Below are positions 13,645 through 25,689 of a stretch of DNA of 64,000 bases, in pieces. Position 1 is the stretch's first letter, and every line of letters begins with the position of its first letter. The position numbers and the translations under genes were made by a program. Under the pieces are notes generated by a model, which was not told the DNA's origin, ran no database searches, and saw only the letters and a program-made list of their open reading frames with translations. The stretch covers positions 292,454,001 through 292,518,000 of the forward strand of contig OZ024742.1 in assembly GCA_964016885.1 (NCBI GenBank), written 5' to 3'. Source of the DNA: Eledone cirrhosa (taxonomy: Eukaryota).

Positions 13645-14248
13645 CTTCACAGTGGGTATTGCTTGTGTTTTATCATGGCAACAACATTGCCTTTTTAGAG
13701 AATACATTATGTGCCTTTTATCATGACAACAGCACTGCCACTTTACAAAATGAACATTGTGCATTTTATCATGGCACTAGCACTATCACTTTACAGTGTA
13801 TACTGCGTGTATCATGGCAACATCACTACCACTTAATGGAGTGTACTAGGTGCATTTATCATAACACTGACACTAACACTTAACAGAGTGAACTGGGTGC
13901 ATTTTATTATGGCACCAGCACTACCTCTTTACAATTTGTACTGTGAGCATTTTATCATGGAACCAGCACTACCATTTTACAATTTGTATTGTGTGCATTT
14001 TATTGAAGCACCAGCAATACCACTTTACAATTTTCGTTATGTGCATTTTATCATGGCACCAGCACTATCACTTTACAGTGTGTACTGTCTGCACTTTATT
14101 GTGGCACCAGCACTACCACTTTATAGAGTGTATTGTGTGCATTTTATTGTGACACCAGCACTACCACTTTATAGAGAGTACTAGTTGCATTTATCATGAC
14201 ACTGGCGCTAACACTTTACAGTGTGTACTGTATGCATTTTATTGTAGC
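13645..14248. repeat. 48-bp minisatellite, about 12 copies
   Basis: Unit GTGCATTTTATCATGGCACCAGCACTATCACTTTACAGTGTGTACTGT (14041-14088); gives a 16-aa periodic ORF. Confidence 0.9.
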
Positions 14249-14534
14249 ATGAATTTATAAATACGTTGTGTTTATCAAAAGTTGTTTTTTCTCTTCTGAA
14301 ACAAACAGATTGTTATTCTATTTATTTATTTTCAAATTTTAAGCAACCATTATTTTCTTTATTTGGTAGTAATTATTTTTATTTGGAATATCTCACCTAC
14401 ATATTTTGAATTACAGGTAAAACTGACAAACAATTTAGTTTGGTTTTCACAAATAATTGAAACCATGGTTGATTACATTTGTTGCTATTTAGATGATAAC
14501 ATATATTTGGTGTGAAAATTCTAGTGCAGACTTG

Positions 14535-15072
14535 ATATATGTAGTATACAAAGCATACATTTAGTGTGGGAATATAGTACACATAGTATATGTAGTGTAC
14601 ACTTAATATTATAGTGCATGTAGCATATATTTGCTAAGAGAGTGTAGTGTACAACGCATATGTAGTGCACAATTGATATATTGCATACATGGCATATGTA
14701 GTGCACATTTCATATATAGTACACATTTCATATATAGTGCACATAACATATATACTGCGTATAGCATATATAATGCTTATGGCATATATAGTGTACATTT
14801 CATATATAGTGAATATAGCACATATAGTGCCCATGGCATATATAGTGAATATAGCATATATAGTGTACACATCATATATAGTGTGCATTTCATATATAGT
14901 TAATATAGCATATTAAGTGTACATTTCATATATAGTGAATATAGCACATATAGTGCACATGGCATATATAGTGAATATAGCATATATAGTGCACACATCA
15001 TATATAGTGTGCATTTCATATATAGTTAATATAGCATATTAAGTGTACATTTCATATATAGTGTACATAGCA
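14535..15072. repeat. Low-complexity minisatellite (CATATATAGTG-based units)
   Basis: Direct reading; higher-order duplication of about 14790-14920 at about 14920-15050. Confidence 0.85.
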
Positions 15073-16489
15073 TGTTTGTGTGTGTGTGTGTGTTGGACCT
15101 CCATCTGTTTCAACGATGAGTGTTCCAGTTGCTTGATCATAAGAACACCCTGCTTGCGGAATTTATGTACAATGGCTAATCATTCTACAGATATACGTAA
15201 CCTTAATTTAATTCTCAAGGAAATTCAGCATGGTACAGTGTGTGAGGAAGCTGGCCCTTTGTATTACAGGTACAACTAATTTTTTTTTTCAGTTGAATGC
15301 ATTGGAGCAACATGAATCAACATGTCTTGATCAAGGACATAACGTGCTTTTGAGAATCAAATTCATGACCATCAGTTGAACACCCTAACCACTAAGCCAT
15401 GTCTTTTCACTATAAAGAATATATTTTGTCAGAGAAAGTATTGCACATTTCATATTACACACTACTTAACTCCTACATGTTCAATTTTATTAAGTTTATA
15501 GGTAAATATGATATTTTGTAACACAATAATATGGTTCTTCTGAGATGTTAATGTATGGGAGGTATATGGAAGGGAGAGAGAGGATAGTGGTTAAATGGTG
15601 CATTCATGTATGCTTCTGTATATTAAGGCTCTGTAAGCTGTAGTGAAGGCAACCCACCTAGGAGAGTAGACACTCCAAATAAAAACTGACATAGGGTGGT
15701 GAAGACTCTGTGATTTTTTGCATACTGTCCATAACAGAACTTTCTTGTCTTTTATATTAGTAATAAAGCTGCTCATATTAGTTCCGGAGTGGAAATATGT
15801 GGTGAACATGTGAACATCATATCACATATATTGACTATGTGAAACAGGATACTGGCCTAAAATCTACCCAGGAACTGCAGATGGTAATGATGAACAAAAA
15901 AGTGCGGTGAAGAAGAGGAAGATATATCTTTTTGTTTTACCCACATCCTTCCCTGTAATAAGGCAAGCTAACTGTTTATTGAAATATATGTTTGTCATTA
16001 TTTCAATGTCGAAACTATAAAGATGTTCCCCACCTCCATCACTTCCTCATCTATAATACATTACCAAAATTACCCCCAAAGACTGAATTCTGATTTTACA
16101 GCTGTTCCAAGCAATCTGAGCCAAATAAAATGTGATTTATTATCTGTTGATATTATTAACTGCCAATTCTCACTGTGATTATAGCAGAAAAATGTTTTTT
16201 CTCTTGCCAAGGCTGGCCTTCAAGCAATTCAGATTTAAATTTAACAAGAGAAGACAATCAAAACACCAACATTTCACAGCCCAATATGTACCATCATCAT
16301 CTGCAGCAGCAGTAACATCATAATCATCATCATCTGACATTAATTATCCCTTCTTGGACAGGTCATCATAGCCTAAGTCGGTTTTTAATTGGAGTCACTG
16401 ATGTCTCAGATGTGCCAGGGGCTGCATCTTGTTTATAAATGTTTCCTTGCTCTACACAGTGCACCAGATTCATTTTATTGTGGTAGTAG

Positions 16490-17103
16490 TACATAGAAGT
16501 GGTTGGTAGCTTCTGCTATCTAGGTGACTTAATTAGCAGCAGAGGAAGGTGCTCTGAGGGTATAATAGCTAGAATGAGTATAGGATGGAAGAAGTTTAGA
16601 GAGTTACTCACCCTGTTGACAACAAACGATTTCTCCCAATGTACAACAGGATGACTGTATGACACCTGTGTGCAAAGTGCGATGCTACATGGTAGTGACT
16701 GCAGAAAACATACATAGACTGGAAAAAAATGAAGCAGCCATGCTTCGTTGGATGTGCAATGTAAATGTAAAAGAAAGACAGCTTGGATGGACTATATGAG
16801 GAGCTGGATTTAAGATGAATTCAAGGTGGTGGGCCGGAGAGAAGACTGCATTGGTACAGACATGTGGTGTGCATGGATGGTGATTGATAGGTTAAGCAGT
16901 GCCCGGAAATGCTAGTGGAAAGAAGCCACACTAGAGGTAGACCGAGTAAGACCTGGGCAGAGGTGGTGAGAGCTGACTTCAATTTGCTGAGACTCACAAA
17001 AGAGATTACAAAGAAATGTGGTGAGTGGAGAGATGTTGTGCTGAAACGGACCCATCCAACCCATGCAAGCATGGAAAAATGGACGTAAAAATGATGATGA
17101 TGA
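16490..17103 (+). mobile_element. Degenerate RTE LINE 3' portion, short-3'UTR lineage
   Basis: Decayed SFCYLGD, IGWKKFREL, MLHGS, RLHWYRHV and RGRPSKTW motifs; ends CCATGCAAGCATGG...(TGA)n. Confidence 0.8.
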
Positions 17104-17931
17104 TATATATATATATCAATTCTACTTAACAAATGTAGTAATTATAACCATATTTGATAGAATTCAATGTTATAAGTGAAATTTGTATTTGTGGAAAAGT
17201 GAAATCTTAATACATGTCATTGAGTATTCAAAAACTACAGAATCACAGATATAATGTTGAACATTGAAAATAAATACAACAAAGTTTAGCAGAGTCGTTA
17301 GAATGTCAGATAGAATGCTTTATGGTATTTGTTCCGACTCTCTGCTCTCTGAGTTCAAATCCTGCCGAGGTGAACTTTACCTTTCATCCTTTTGAGGTCA
17401 ATAAAAAGAAATACCAGTCTAATACTGGAGTCAATTCTTCCTCTATATCTTTTTCTCACTTCCATTCTCTCACTCTTTCTATATTTCTCTGGAAGAAATC
17501 TGTAGTATTCAGGCCTGGAGTGGAGATGGGCTCCGCCAGGCTTTAAAATGCCCAATAAGTTCTATATGTCAATATGACACCCCTATGACTCCATTAGGAG
17601 TTAGTGGACTCCTTTTTCTTTTTTTACCACTTAATTAGTTCATTAATTATGATCATTTCAAAGGGCAAAAATAACAAAGATTTTATCGATTGTTTTTTAG
17701 GATAAATGACAGAATGGACGTATTTTGTCAATTATGGAGGTGATTAACTGCTCTCAGTTCGTCAATATACCTTAGAAATGATTGTAAACTATATCTACTA
17801 TATATTGTTTTATTTGTTTTCATTGTTCAACCTTAGTGTGTGTCTAAACAGGGAGAGAGACAGTAAGAGAGAGAGAATGTGAGTGTGTGTGTCAAATAGA
17901 AAGAGACAGAGACAGAGAGAGTATGTGTGTC

Positions 17932-18043
<112 letters not shown>

Positions 18044-18234
18044 TTTGTGAATAATCATTGAATGGTGTGATAACTTTAAATGACTAGGAAAAAACACCAA
18101 GGGACGTGTTCTCCCTGAAAGTAAAATAGTGTTACCAATACTAGCATAGTGTAGAGTAGTGAGCCAAGAAATGAGAAGTTCAGAATTATAGCCAGAGTAA
18201 AGACTGACTCTAAAAGCTCAGCTCAAAGTCAGTC

Positions 18235-18490
18235 TCAAGCCTGGAGGCTTGTCAGGCCAGTGCTTATCCCAGTTACATGGTATGATGTGACTAAGAGTAC
18301 AAGACTCCTCCAGTCCATTGGAGATTTAAACCCCCAACTATTACTGGTATTCATTTTCAGCTGAGTATACAGGAACAAAGCAACATGAAATGAAGTGTTT
18401 TGTTCAAGAACACAACACAACCCAGGAATCAAACCCATGACATTATGATCGTAAATCCAATACCCTTACCACTAGGCCAAGTACCTCCAC
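18235..18490 (-). mobile_element. tRNA-derived SINE
   Basis: Revcomp reads TGGCCTAGTGGTAAG (A box) ... GGTTTGATTCC (B box), then TTCTTGAACAAAACACTTCATTTCA. Confidence 0.7.
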
Positions 18491-19064
18491 GACTCTAAAA
18501 GCTAACTTAAAAGTCATACAACCCAAATATTTTCTAGCGATAACAATACACTACGGACACCATAAAGACCAAGTTAAAAATTGATAATCTCAGTTCAACA
18601 TGTTTCTATGAATTGGTTTTCTTTGTGAAATGATCAGAGATCGATAGTGATCAATGTAAATCTAAATATTTATTTGACATTAAAACAGATAATACACAGA
18701 CCAATTATACTAGCTTTCATCTCCTCTTTTGTTGTGTGTTTTGTCAATGTCAAACACTGCAACTGTTGTGTATATAATTAGATCATAATGCAGTCAAATT
18801 TTTTTGATGATGATGATGTATATATGCATGTATATATGCATGTATATATGTATGTATATATGCATGTGTGTGTGTATGTATGTATGTATTTAAACATGTA
18901 CATAAATACATCGTACATACTTACATACATACATATTTACATGCATTTATACATGCATATATACATGCATATATACATCATCATCATCAAAAGAATTTGA
19001 CTGTATTATAATCTAATTATATACACAACAGTTCCCGTGTCTGACATTGACATTGTATATATGC

Positions 19065-19097
<33 letters not shown>

Positions 19098-19159
19098 TGT
19101 ATGTATGTATGTATGTATGTATGTATGTATGTATATGTATGTATGTATGTATAAAAATT

Positions 19160-19395
19160 TCACGGCACAGGCATTGCTTTATATTTGGAGATCTCTCTGC
19201 ACTTGTCGTCACATGGTACCATGGGCCCAGCACTATGTGTAATTGTCACAAGTGTAGTGTTTGTACCAAAGTTTTCAAGTCGCTGGCTGAACTAAAAAGT
19301 CACACTCGTTCAGCGCATCGGTAGGGGTTCTCCTACATGGATGTAAAGTAGTGGCCGTACTCGAAAACGAGTTGGCAGCCACCATGTATGTATAT
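19160..19395 (+). mobile_element. 3' end of an RTE-derived element with a terminal C2H2 finger and (ATGT)n tail
   Basis: CSVCTKVFKSLAELKSHTRSAHR*; second copy at 54125-54365 (-). Confidence 0.75.
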
Positions 19396-19406
19396 ATATA
19401 GGCATG

Positions 19407-19750
19407 TCATCATCATCATCATCGTTTAACATCTATCTTCCACGCTAGCATGGGTTATACAGGAATTGTCCCACTTGAGGCAAGATTGGTCGGGTGACCA
19501 TGTCTGGCAGGTTTTCTACAGCTGGATGCCCTTCCTAACACCAACCACATTTACAGTGTGGACTGGGAGCTTTTTACCGTGACACCTACATGGCCACATT
19601 ACAGCGTGGACTGTGTGTTTTTTTTTGTCGTAACACCTACACGACCTCATTAGTTTGGACTGGATGTTGTGGTACCAATATAACTTTACAGAGAACGGGT
19701 GGTGTTGGTGGGAGTGGGAGGATGGAATAGGGGTAGTGGGTTGGGGTGTA
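19407..19750 (-). mobile_element. RTE 3' UTR copy
   Basis: Reverse complement of the 24510-24852 UTR including the (GAT)n tail. Confidence 0.8.
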
Positions 19751-20056
19751 TGTTTGGTTATACATGTATATATGTATTTATGTATGTATATGCATGCATG
19801 TAAGTATGTATGTATGTATTTATGTATATATGAATGCACCTATGTATGTATTAATATGTATGATGTATGCATCTGTGTGTATATATGTATGTATAGCCTT
19901 AGGCTTGCCTGTGTGGTTAAGGAGTTCACTTTGAAGCCACATGGTTTAGAGTTCATTCCCTCTGCACAGCATCTTGTACAAATGTTTTCAACTATAGCCA
20001 ATGTGAGTGAAATTTGTAGCCAGATATGGCAGCTGCCCATCATATATATATATATC

Positions 20057-20385
20057 GTGAAGTTGCATGGCTTAGTGGTTAGAGCATTGGGCTTGCAGCT
20101 GAGAGGCTGTAAATTTGATTCTTGGACTGGGTGATGCATTATGTCCTTGAGCAAGACACTTTATTTCACATTGCTCCAGTTCACTCAGCTCTAGAAATGA
20201 GTTGTAATGTCACTGGTGCTGAAATGTATCAGCTATTGCCTTTCCCTTGGACAACATCAGTTGCATGGAGAGGGAAGACTGGTATGCATGGGTGACTGCT
20301 GGTCTTTTACAACTAAATCTTGCCTAAGCTTGTGCCTCGGAGGGAAACTTTCTAGGTGCAAAAACCAAGTGAACAACGGGGGCCT
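20057..20385 (+). mobile_element. tRNA-derived SINE with CORE-like central domain
   Basis: TGGCTTAGTGGTTAG A box, decayed B box, TCCTTGAGCAAGACACTTTATTTCACATTGCTCCAG; antisense copy at 49560-49880. Confidence 0.8.
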
Positions 20386-20386
20386 T

Positions 20387-20468
<82 letters not shown>

Positions 20469-20597
20469 GATGTTCTATTTAAATTGTTGGGATACAACAA
20501 GCAAATATTTTTATAACTGATATAAAGCACTCAACAAATAATTGGAGTAAAAATACGATATATTAACAAATGGAAACTATATTTATAAAACCATATT

Positions 20598-20662
20598 TAT
20601 TTCATTATACATATTTCAAGGACACCAAGTTGAATTATGGTGTGCTTTCATCAGATAAAATA
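20598..20662 (-). ncRNA. Type I hammerhead ribozyme (family 2)
   Basis: Exact reverse complement of 20904-20968. Confidence 0.8.
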
Positions 20663-20903
20663 TAATATAGAGTAGTTTTATAAATAAATATTGACATACC
20701 CTTAAAGAATGCAACCATTACTGTTGGAAGCTCCCGGATAGTCTGGGATACTATCTGGGATAATATCCGGGATACTATCCGGCGGGATACTATCTGGGAT
20801 GCTATCCGGGATACTATCTGGGATGCTATCTGGGAGCTTCCAACAGTAATGGTTGCATTCTTTAAGGGTATGTCAAATTTATTTATAAAACTGCTCTATA
20901 TTA

Positions 20904-20968
20904 TATTTTATCTGATGAAAGCACACCATAATTCAACTTGGTGTCCTTGAAATATGTATAATGAAATA
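20904..20968 (+). ncRNA. Type I hammerhead ribozyme (family 2)
   Basis: TATTTTAT-CTGATGA-AAGcACACCA(10 nt)TGGTGTcCTT-GAAA-TATGTA-TA^ATGAAATA; 8-bp stem I, quasi-palindromic stem III, AUA triplet. Confidence 0.82.
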
Positions 20969-21023
20969 AATATGGTTTTATAAATATAGTTTCCATTTGT
21001 TAATATCGTATTATATATATATA

Positions 21024-21305
21024 TCATCATCCACTTGAGGCAAGAATGGTTGTCCTGCTCGCATAGGACTGTCTGGCGGGTTTTCTACGGCTGGATGCCC
21101 TTCCTAACACCAACCACATTTACAGTGTGGACTGGGAGGTTTTTACCGTGTTGCCTACACGGCCACATTACAGCGTGGACTGTGTGTTTTTTTGTCGTGA
21201 CACCTACACGACCTCATTTGTTTCGGGCTGGATGTTGTGGCACCAACATAACTTTACATTGAAAGGGGTGGTGTGGATGGGGTGGGGGTAGTGGGACGGG
21301 GGTGT
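21024..21305 (-). mobile_element. RTE 3' UTR copy, inverted relative to the adjacent RTE
   Basis: Reverse complement of 24506-24790. Confidence 0.85.
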
Positions 21306-21404
21306 ATATACATATAAATATATAACGAAGGAGTTGGGGTAAGGAATGGACTAGATGGACCATAACGCACCAGAGTACTCAATACTTAGGGTAGAGAGTG
21401 GGTA

Positions 21405-21530
21405 ATAGGAAAATGTATGACTCCGACGGCAGAGCTCAAGCCGTTTCAACGGCTATTTCTGGACTATTCAGTCCAAAAATAGCTGCCGAAACGGCTTGAG
21501 CTCTGCCGTCGGGGTCATACATTTTCCTAT
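21405..21530. repeat. 126-bp palindrome of the hammerhead-half mini-element
   Basis: 61-bp arms 21405-21465 / 21470-21530 with loop ATTC. Confidence 0.9.
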
Positions 21531-21544
21531 AAATATATATATAG

Positions 21545-24500
21545 ATCTGCTAGATACATTGTGGGTAGAAAACGATGCTATAAGCTTTTCTGGGTGGGAA
21601 ACGACAATGGGCTGGGTGGAGTAGGAATCATGGTAGCAGAAAAGTGGGCAGATAAGATAATAGACGTAAATAGAGTGAACGACAGAATAATTAAAATAAG
21701 ACTTGTCCTCAATAGAACTACGGTGACAGTAATATCCGTGTACGGACCCCAATCCGGACTGCCCAGCACTATAAAAGACAGATTCTATGAGACACTGATG
21801 CTCACTACCTCCCAAATAACAGACAGTGACTATATAATTATTGCAGGCGACCTAAACGGTTACGTTGGACAACATTGTGACGGCTACGACGAAATCCATG
21901 GAGGCTATGGGTTTGGTACTAGAAATGAGGAAGGCTCCAGAATCCTGGAATTCTGTGATGCAAATAACCTAACTATCTGTAACACTAACTTCAAAAAACG
22001 TGACAATCACCTGATCACCTATAGATCCGGGGAACACACAAGCCAGGTAGATTATATCCTTACCAGAAGACGTGACAGAGTGTCTGTTGTAAACACTAAA
22101 TCCCTCCCCCATGAAGAATGCACCCCCCAACATAGACTGATAATTAGCGACCTCACAGTCAGGACGAGACGTACTCGACAGCAGAAGAGGACTATCCTCA
22201 GGAGAAAAATATGGAAGCTAAAGGACCCCACAGCCAGAAATAAATTTCAAAGCATATTACTTGATGCTTTCGACGGTAAGGAAGAACATTTAGAGTTGGA
22301 CAATATAGAGGGACAGTGGGAATTTCTGAAAGCAAACCTGCTGATGGCGACAGACGAAGTCTGTGGCTGGAGCAGGCCTGTAGGCAGGAGGAGAGTAACA
22401 TGGTGGTGGAACAGTAAGGTGGAGGGGTCAATTAAGGCCAAAAAGCAGGCTTGGAAAGTATGGCGGGATGGGGGAAGTAGAGAAGACTATCAAGTGGTCA
22501 GGAGGGAAGCTAGGAGACAAGTGTACTTAGCAAGAAGGGAAGCTGAGGAAAGAAAGTTCAAGCATGTTCTACAACGCGAGGACCAAAAACGTGAGGTGTT
22601 CAGGATTGCTAGGTAATGCGTCAAGGAAAACCATGATATTGTCGGGGAGAAGTGTGTACTTAACGATGATGGCATACTTGCCATCACCGACGCTGATAAG
22701 AAGGTAGCTTGGAAGTGTCACTATGAAAGGCTACTAAATGAGGAGAATAAATGGGAGAAAGACAGTCTCCCCAATATCGACCCAATAGAGGGACCAGCAG
22801 TGTTAGTCGAGGGGAGTAAAATAAGTAAGGCAATCAAGGATATGAAGATGGGTAAGGCGGCTGGGCCTTCGGAAATAGTTGCTGAGATGCTGAAGGCATC
22901 TGGCACGGTGGGACACACCATGGTGACCCGCATAGTCAACCAAGTCATACAGAATGGGGTTGTTCCGAAGGACTGGCATAGCAGCATCATCGTTAACTGT
23001 TATAAGGGTAAAGGAGACGCCCTAGATAGGAGTAACTATAGAGGCATTAAATTAATCGACCAGGTCATGAAGGTCACGGAAAAAGTAATAGCACAACTAA
23101 TCAGAGAGAGAATTGACCTAGATGAAATGCAGTTCGGGTTTGTGTCAGGCAAAAGTACCACAGACGCTCTTTTCATTGTACGACAACTACAGGAGAAGTA
23201 CCTAGCTAAAGGTAAACCCCTCTACTTAGCTTTTGTCGACTTGGAGAAAGCCTTCGACAGAGTCCCCCGCTCCATTATCTGGTGGGCTCTTAGAAAACTA
23301 GGCGTTGACGAATGGCTTGAGGGCTATACAAGCCATGTATAAAGAAACAGTCAGCAAGGTTAGAATTAACAACGAATATAGTGAAGAGTTTAGCGTAAAA
23401 GTTGGTGTTCATCAGGGCTCAGTCCTTAGCCCCCTACTATTTATTATTGCCCTTCAGGCTATAACAGAGGAGTTCAAGACCGGCTGCCCATGGGAACTCC
23501 TATACGCAGACGACCTGACACTCATAACGGAATCAATGGCCGAGCTAGAGAAGAAATTCCAAACATGGAAGCACGGCCTAGAATCAAAAGGACTTAAAAT
23601 TAACCTGGCTAAGACTAAAGTTCTAGTTTGTAGGAAAGAAAACAAGGCGGCGGTCCCTTCTGGGAAATGGTCGTGCTCGGTATGTAGGAAAGGCGTAGGT
23701 AGAAACTCCATCTTATGTCCTAAATGCAAAGTATGGGTGCATAAAAGATGTAGTGGGATCACAGGTAAGCTAACTAAGAACATAGATTTTACATGTGGCC
23801 AGTGCTCTGGTGCAATAAGTAGCAGCAAGTGCCCACAAAATACTAGCTCTTTCAATTGCGCAGAGGGTTCTATAGAAATAGTGGACAGCTTCCGTTACCT
23901 GGGTGATAAAATCAGCAGTGGGGGAGGGTGTTCTGAAAGTACAGTAGCTAGAGTCAGAACTGGTTGGAAAAAGTTCAGAGAGCTTATACCACTATTAGCT
24001 GCTAAAGGGTTCTCCCTAAAAATGAAAGGCAGGTTGTACGATGCCTGCTTACGAACAGCAATGTTGCATGGCAGTGAGACCTGGGCATTGTGTGCAGAGG
24101 ATATATGCAGACTAGAGAGGAACGAAGCTTGCATGCTCCGCTGGATGTGTAACAGTAATATACGTGAACGGCAAAGCATAAACGAACTAAGGAAAAAATT
24201 AGAAATAAGAGGGATCAGATGTTGTTTACTCGAGAGAAGGCTACGTTGGTATGGACACGTGATGCGCATGAAAGTCGATAGCTGTATAACAAAGTGCAGG
24301 GCAATAAAGATAGACGGTAGCCACGGAATAGGCAGACCTAGAAAAACCTGGGACGAGCTGATAAACTCCGACCTCACACACTTACACCTCTCCAAGACAA
24401 TGTCACTGGACCGAGACCTTTGGCGGTACTCAGTAACAGAGAAGACCCGCCTTACCTAAATACATAGTAAAACCTACTACAGCCAGTAGGCATCTCTAAC

Positions 24501-24852
24501 AAAATACCCCCCCGTCCCACCCCACCCCCCCCATCTCATCCACACCACCCCGTTCTATGTAAAGTTATGTTGGTTCCACACCATCCAGGCCGAAACAAAT
24601 GAGATCGTGTAGGTGTCACGACAAAAAAACACACAGTCCACGCTGTAATGTGGCCGTGTAGGCAACACGGTAAAAACCTCCCAGACCCACACTGTAAATG
24701 TGGTTGGTGTTAGGAAGGGCATCCAACTGTAGAAAACCTGCCAGACAGTCCTATGCGAGCAAGACAATCACTCTTGCCTCAAGTGGGACTACCCCCGTCC
24801 AAACCCATGCAAGCGTGGAACACGGACATTAAACGTTGATGATGATGATGAT
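21545..24852 (+). mobile_element. RTE-clade LINE, 5'-truncated, long-3'UTR subfamily A, (GAT)n tail
   Basis: APE endonuclease and RT ORF segments followed by a 390-bp 3' UTR found in many solo copies. Confidence 0.93.
21561..24459 (+). pseudogene. RTE ORF2 (APE endonuclease, RT, PHD-like Cys-rich insert) with one stop (22614) and one frameshift (about 23320)
   Basis: GVGIMV, SVYGP, AGDLNG, SQVDYIL; NYRGIKL, QFGF, FVDLEKAFD, GVHQGSVLSP, LYADD; FRYLG, MLHGSETW, RLRWYGHV, GRPRKTW. Confidence 0.92.
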
Positions 24853-25435
24853 ATATATGTGTGTGTGTGTATCCATTTTATTAAGGATATGTAGTGAGTC
24901 TTGTTACTTTAAAGTTTCGTCTGTGGGTCAGGGATTAGAGTAAAGCATCAGCGACAGATTTAAAGCTAATAAGTTGAGTGGCTTTTCTCTGGATGTGGTC
25001 TAGGATGTCTGTGTGTGATCTGTGAAGTGGTCTAAGATATCAGTGTGCAGTTTGTGATGTGGTGTAAGATGACAGGATGTAGTCTATGATGTCAGTGTAT
25101 GATCTGTGATAGAAGTGACAGAAGTCTGTGTGTAGTCTAGGATGTGTTTGTGTGTGTAATAATTGTTTCTATGTTTGGCACAAGGCCAGCAATTATCCCA
25201 GTGCATTACTGGTACTTTATTTTAGTGTGTAATAATGGTGTGATATATGATGTCTCTGTGTAGTCTAGAAAATACGGGTGGTCTAAGATATCTGTGTGTG
25301 ACCTAAGATGTATGTATGTAGTCTCAGATTTGTGTGTATGTAGTTGTGACGTAACCTAAGATCTTAAGATTTTTGTGTCTAATCTGAGATGTGGTCATAG
25401 TGTAGCCTAAACTGTATTTGTGTTGTCTAAGATGT

Positions 25436-25505
<70 letters not shown>

Positions 25506-25689
25506 TCTAAGATATCTGTATGTGATTTAGTATGAAAGTTTGAAATGAGTCTAATTAATTACATATTAAAGGTTGATGAGTTTAGGTCAGTCTAATTAGA
25601 TCTAATGAGTGTCAGTCTAATGTAAACACTATCTGGCAGATGTACATGGCTAAATAGAACTGAAATGTTGATAGAGAGGGTGACAGGAA

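Larger units (their letters stand above)
20466..21010. mobile_element. PLE-type pLTR fragment with inverted duplication (arms 20554-20741 / 20826-21010)
   Basis: About 185-bp inverted arms; 20466-20705 is homologous to 43147-43385; a HHR in each arm. Confidence 0.8.

Noticed and set aside
13645-14248. CRISPR-like regular array
   Set aside because: Whole units are similar, with no unique spacers and no cas genes; eukaryotic context
19250-19324. Host C2H2 zinc-finger gene exon
   Set aside because: Single finger followed by a stop and an (ATGT)n tail, repeated at 54125-54365; it is a retroelement 3' end
20057-20135. Genuine tRNA genes at SINE heads
   Set aside because: A/B boxes are present but the cloverleaf is degenerate and the sequence continues into SINE bodies
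23454-24395. Antisense ORFs over RTE copies
   Set aside because: Shadow frames of the RTE ORF2; no independent evidence
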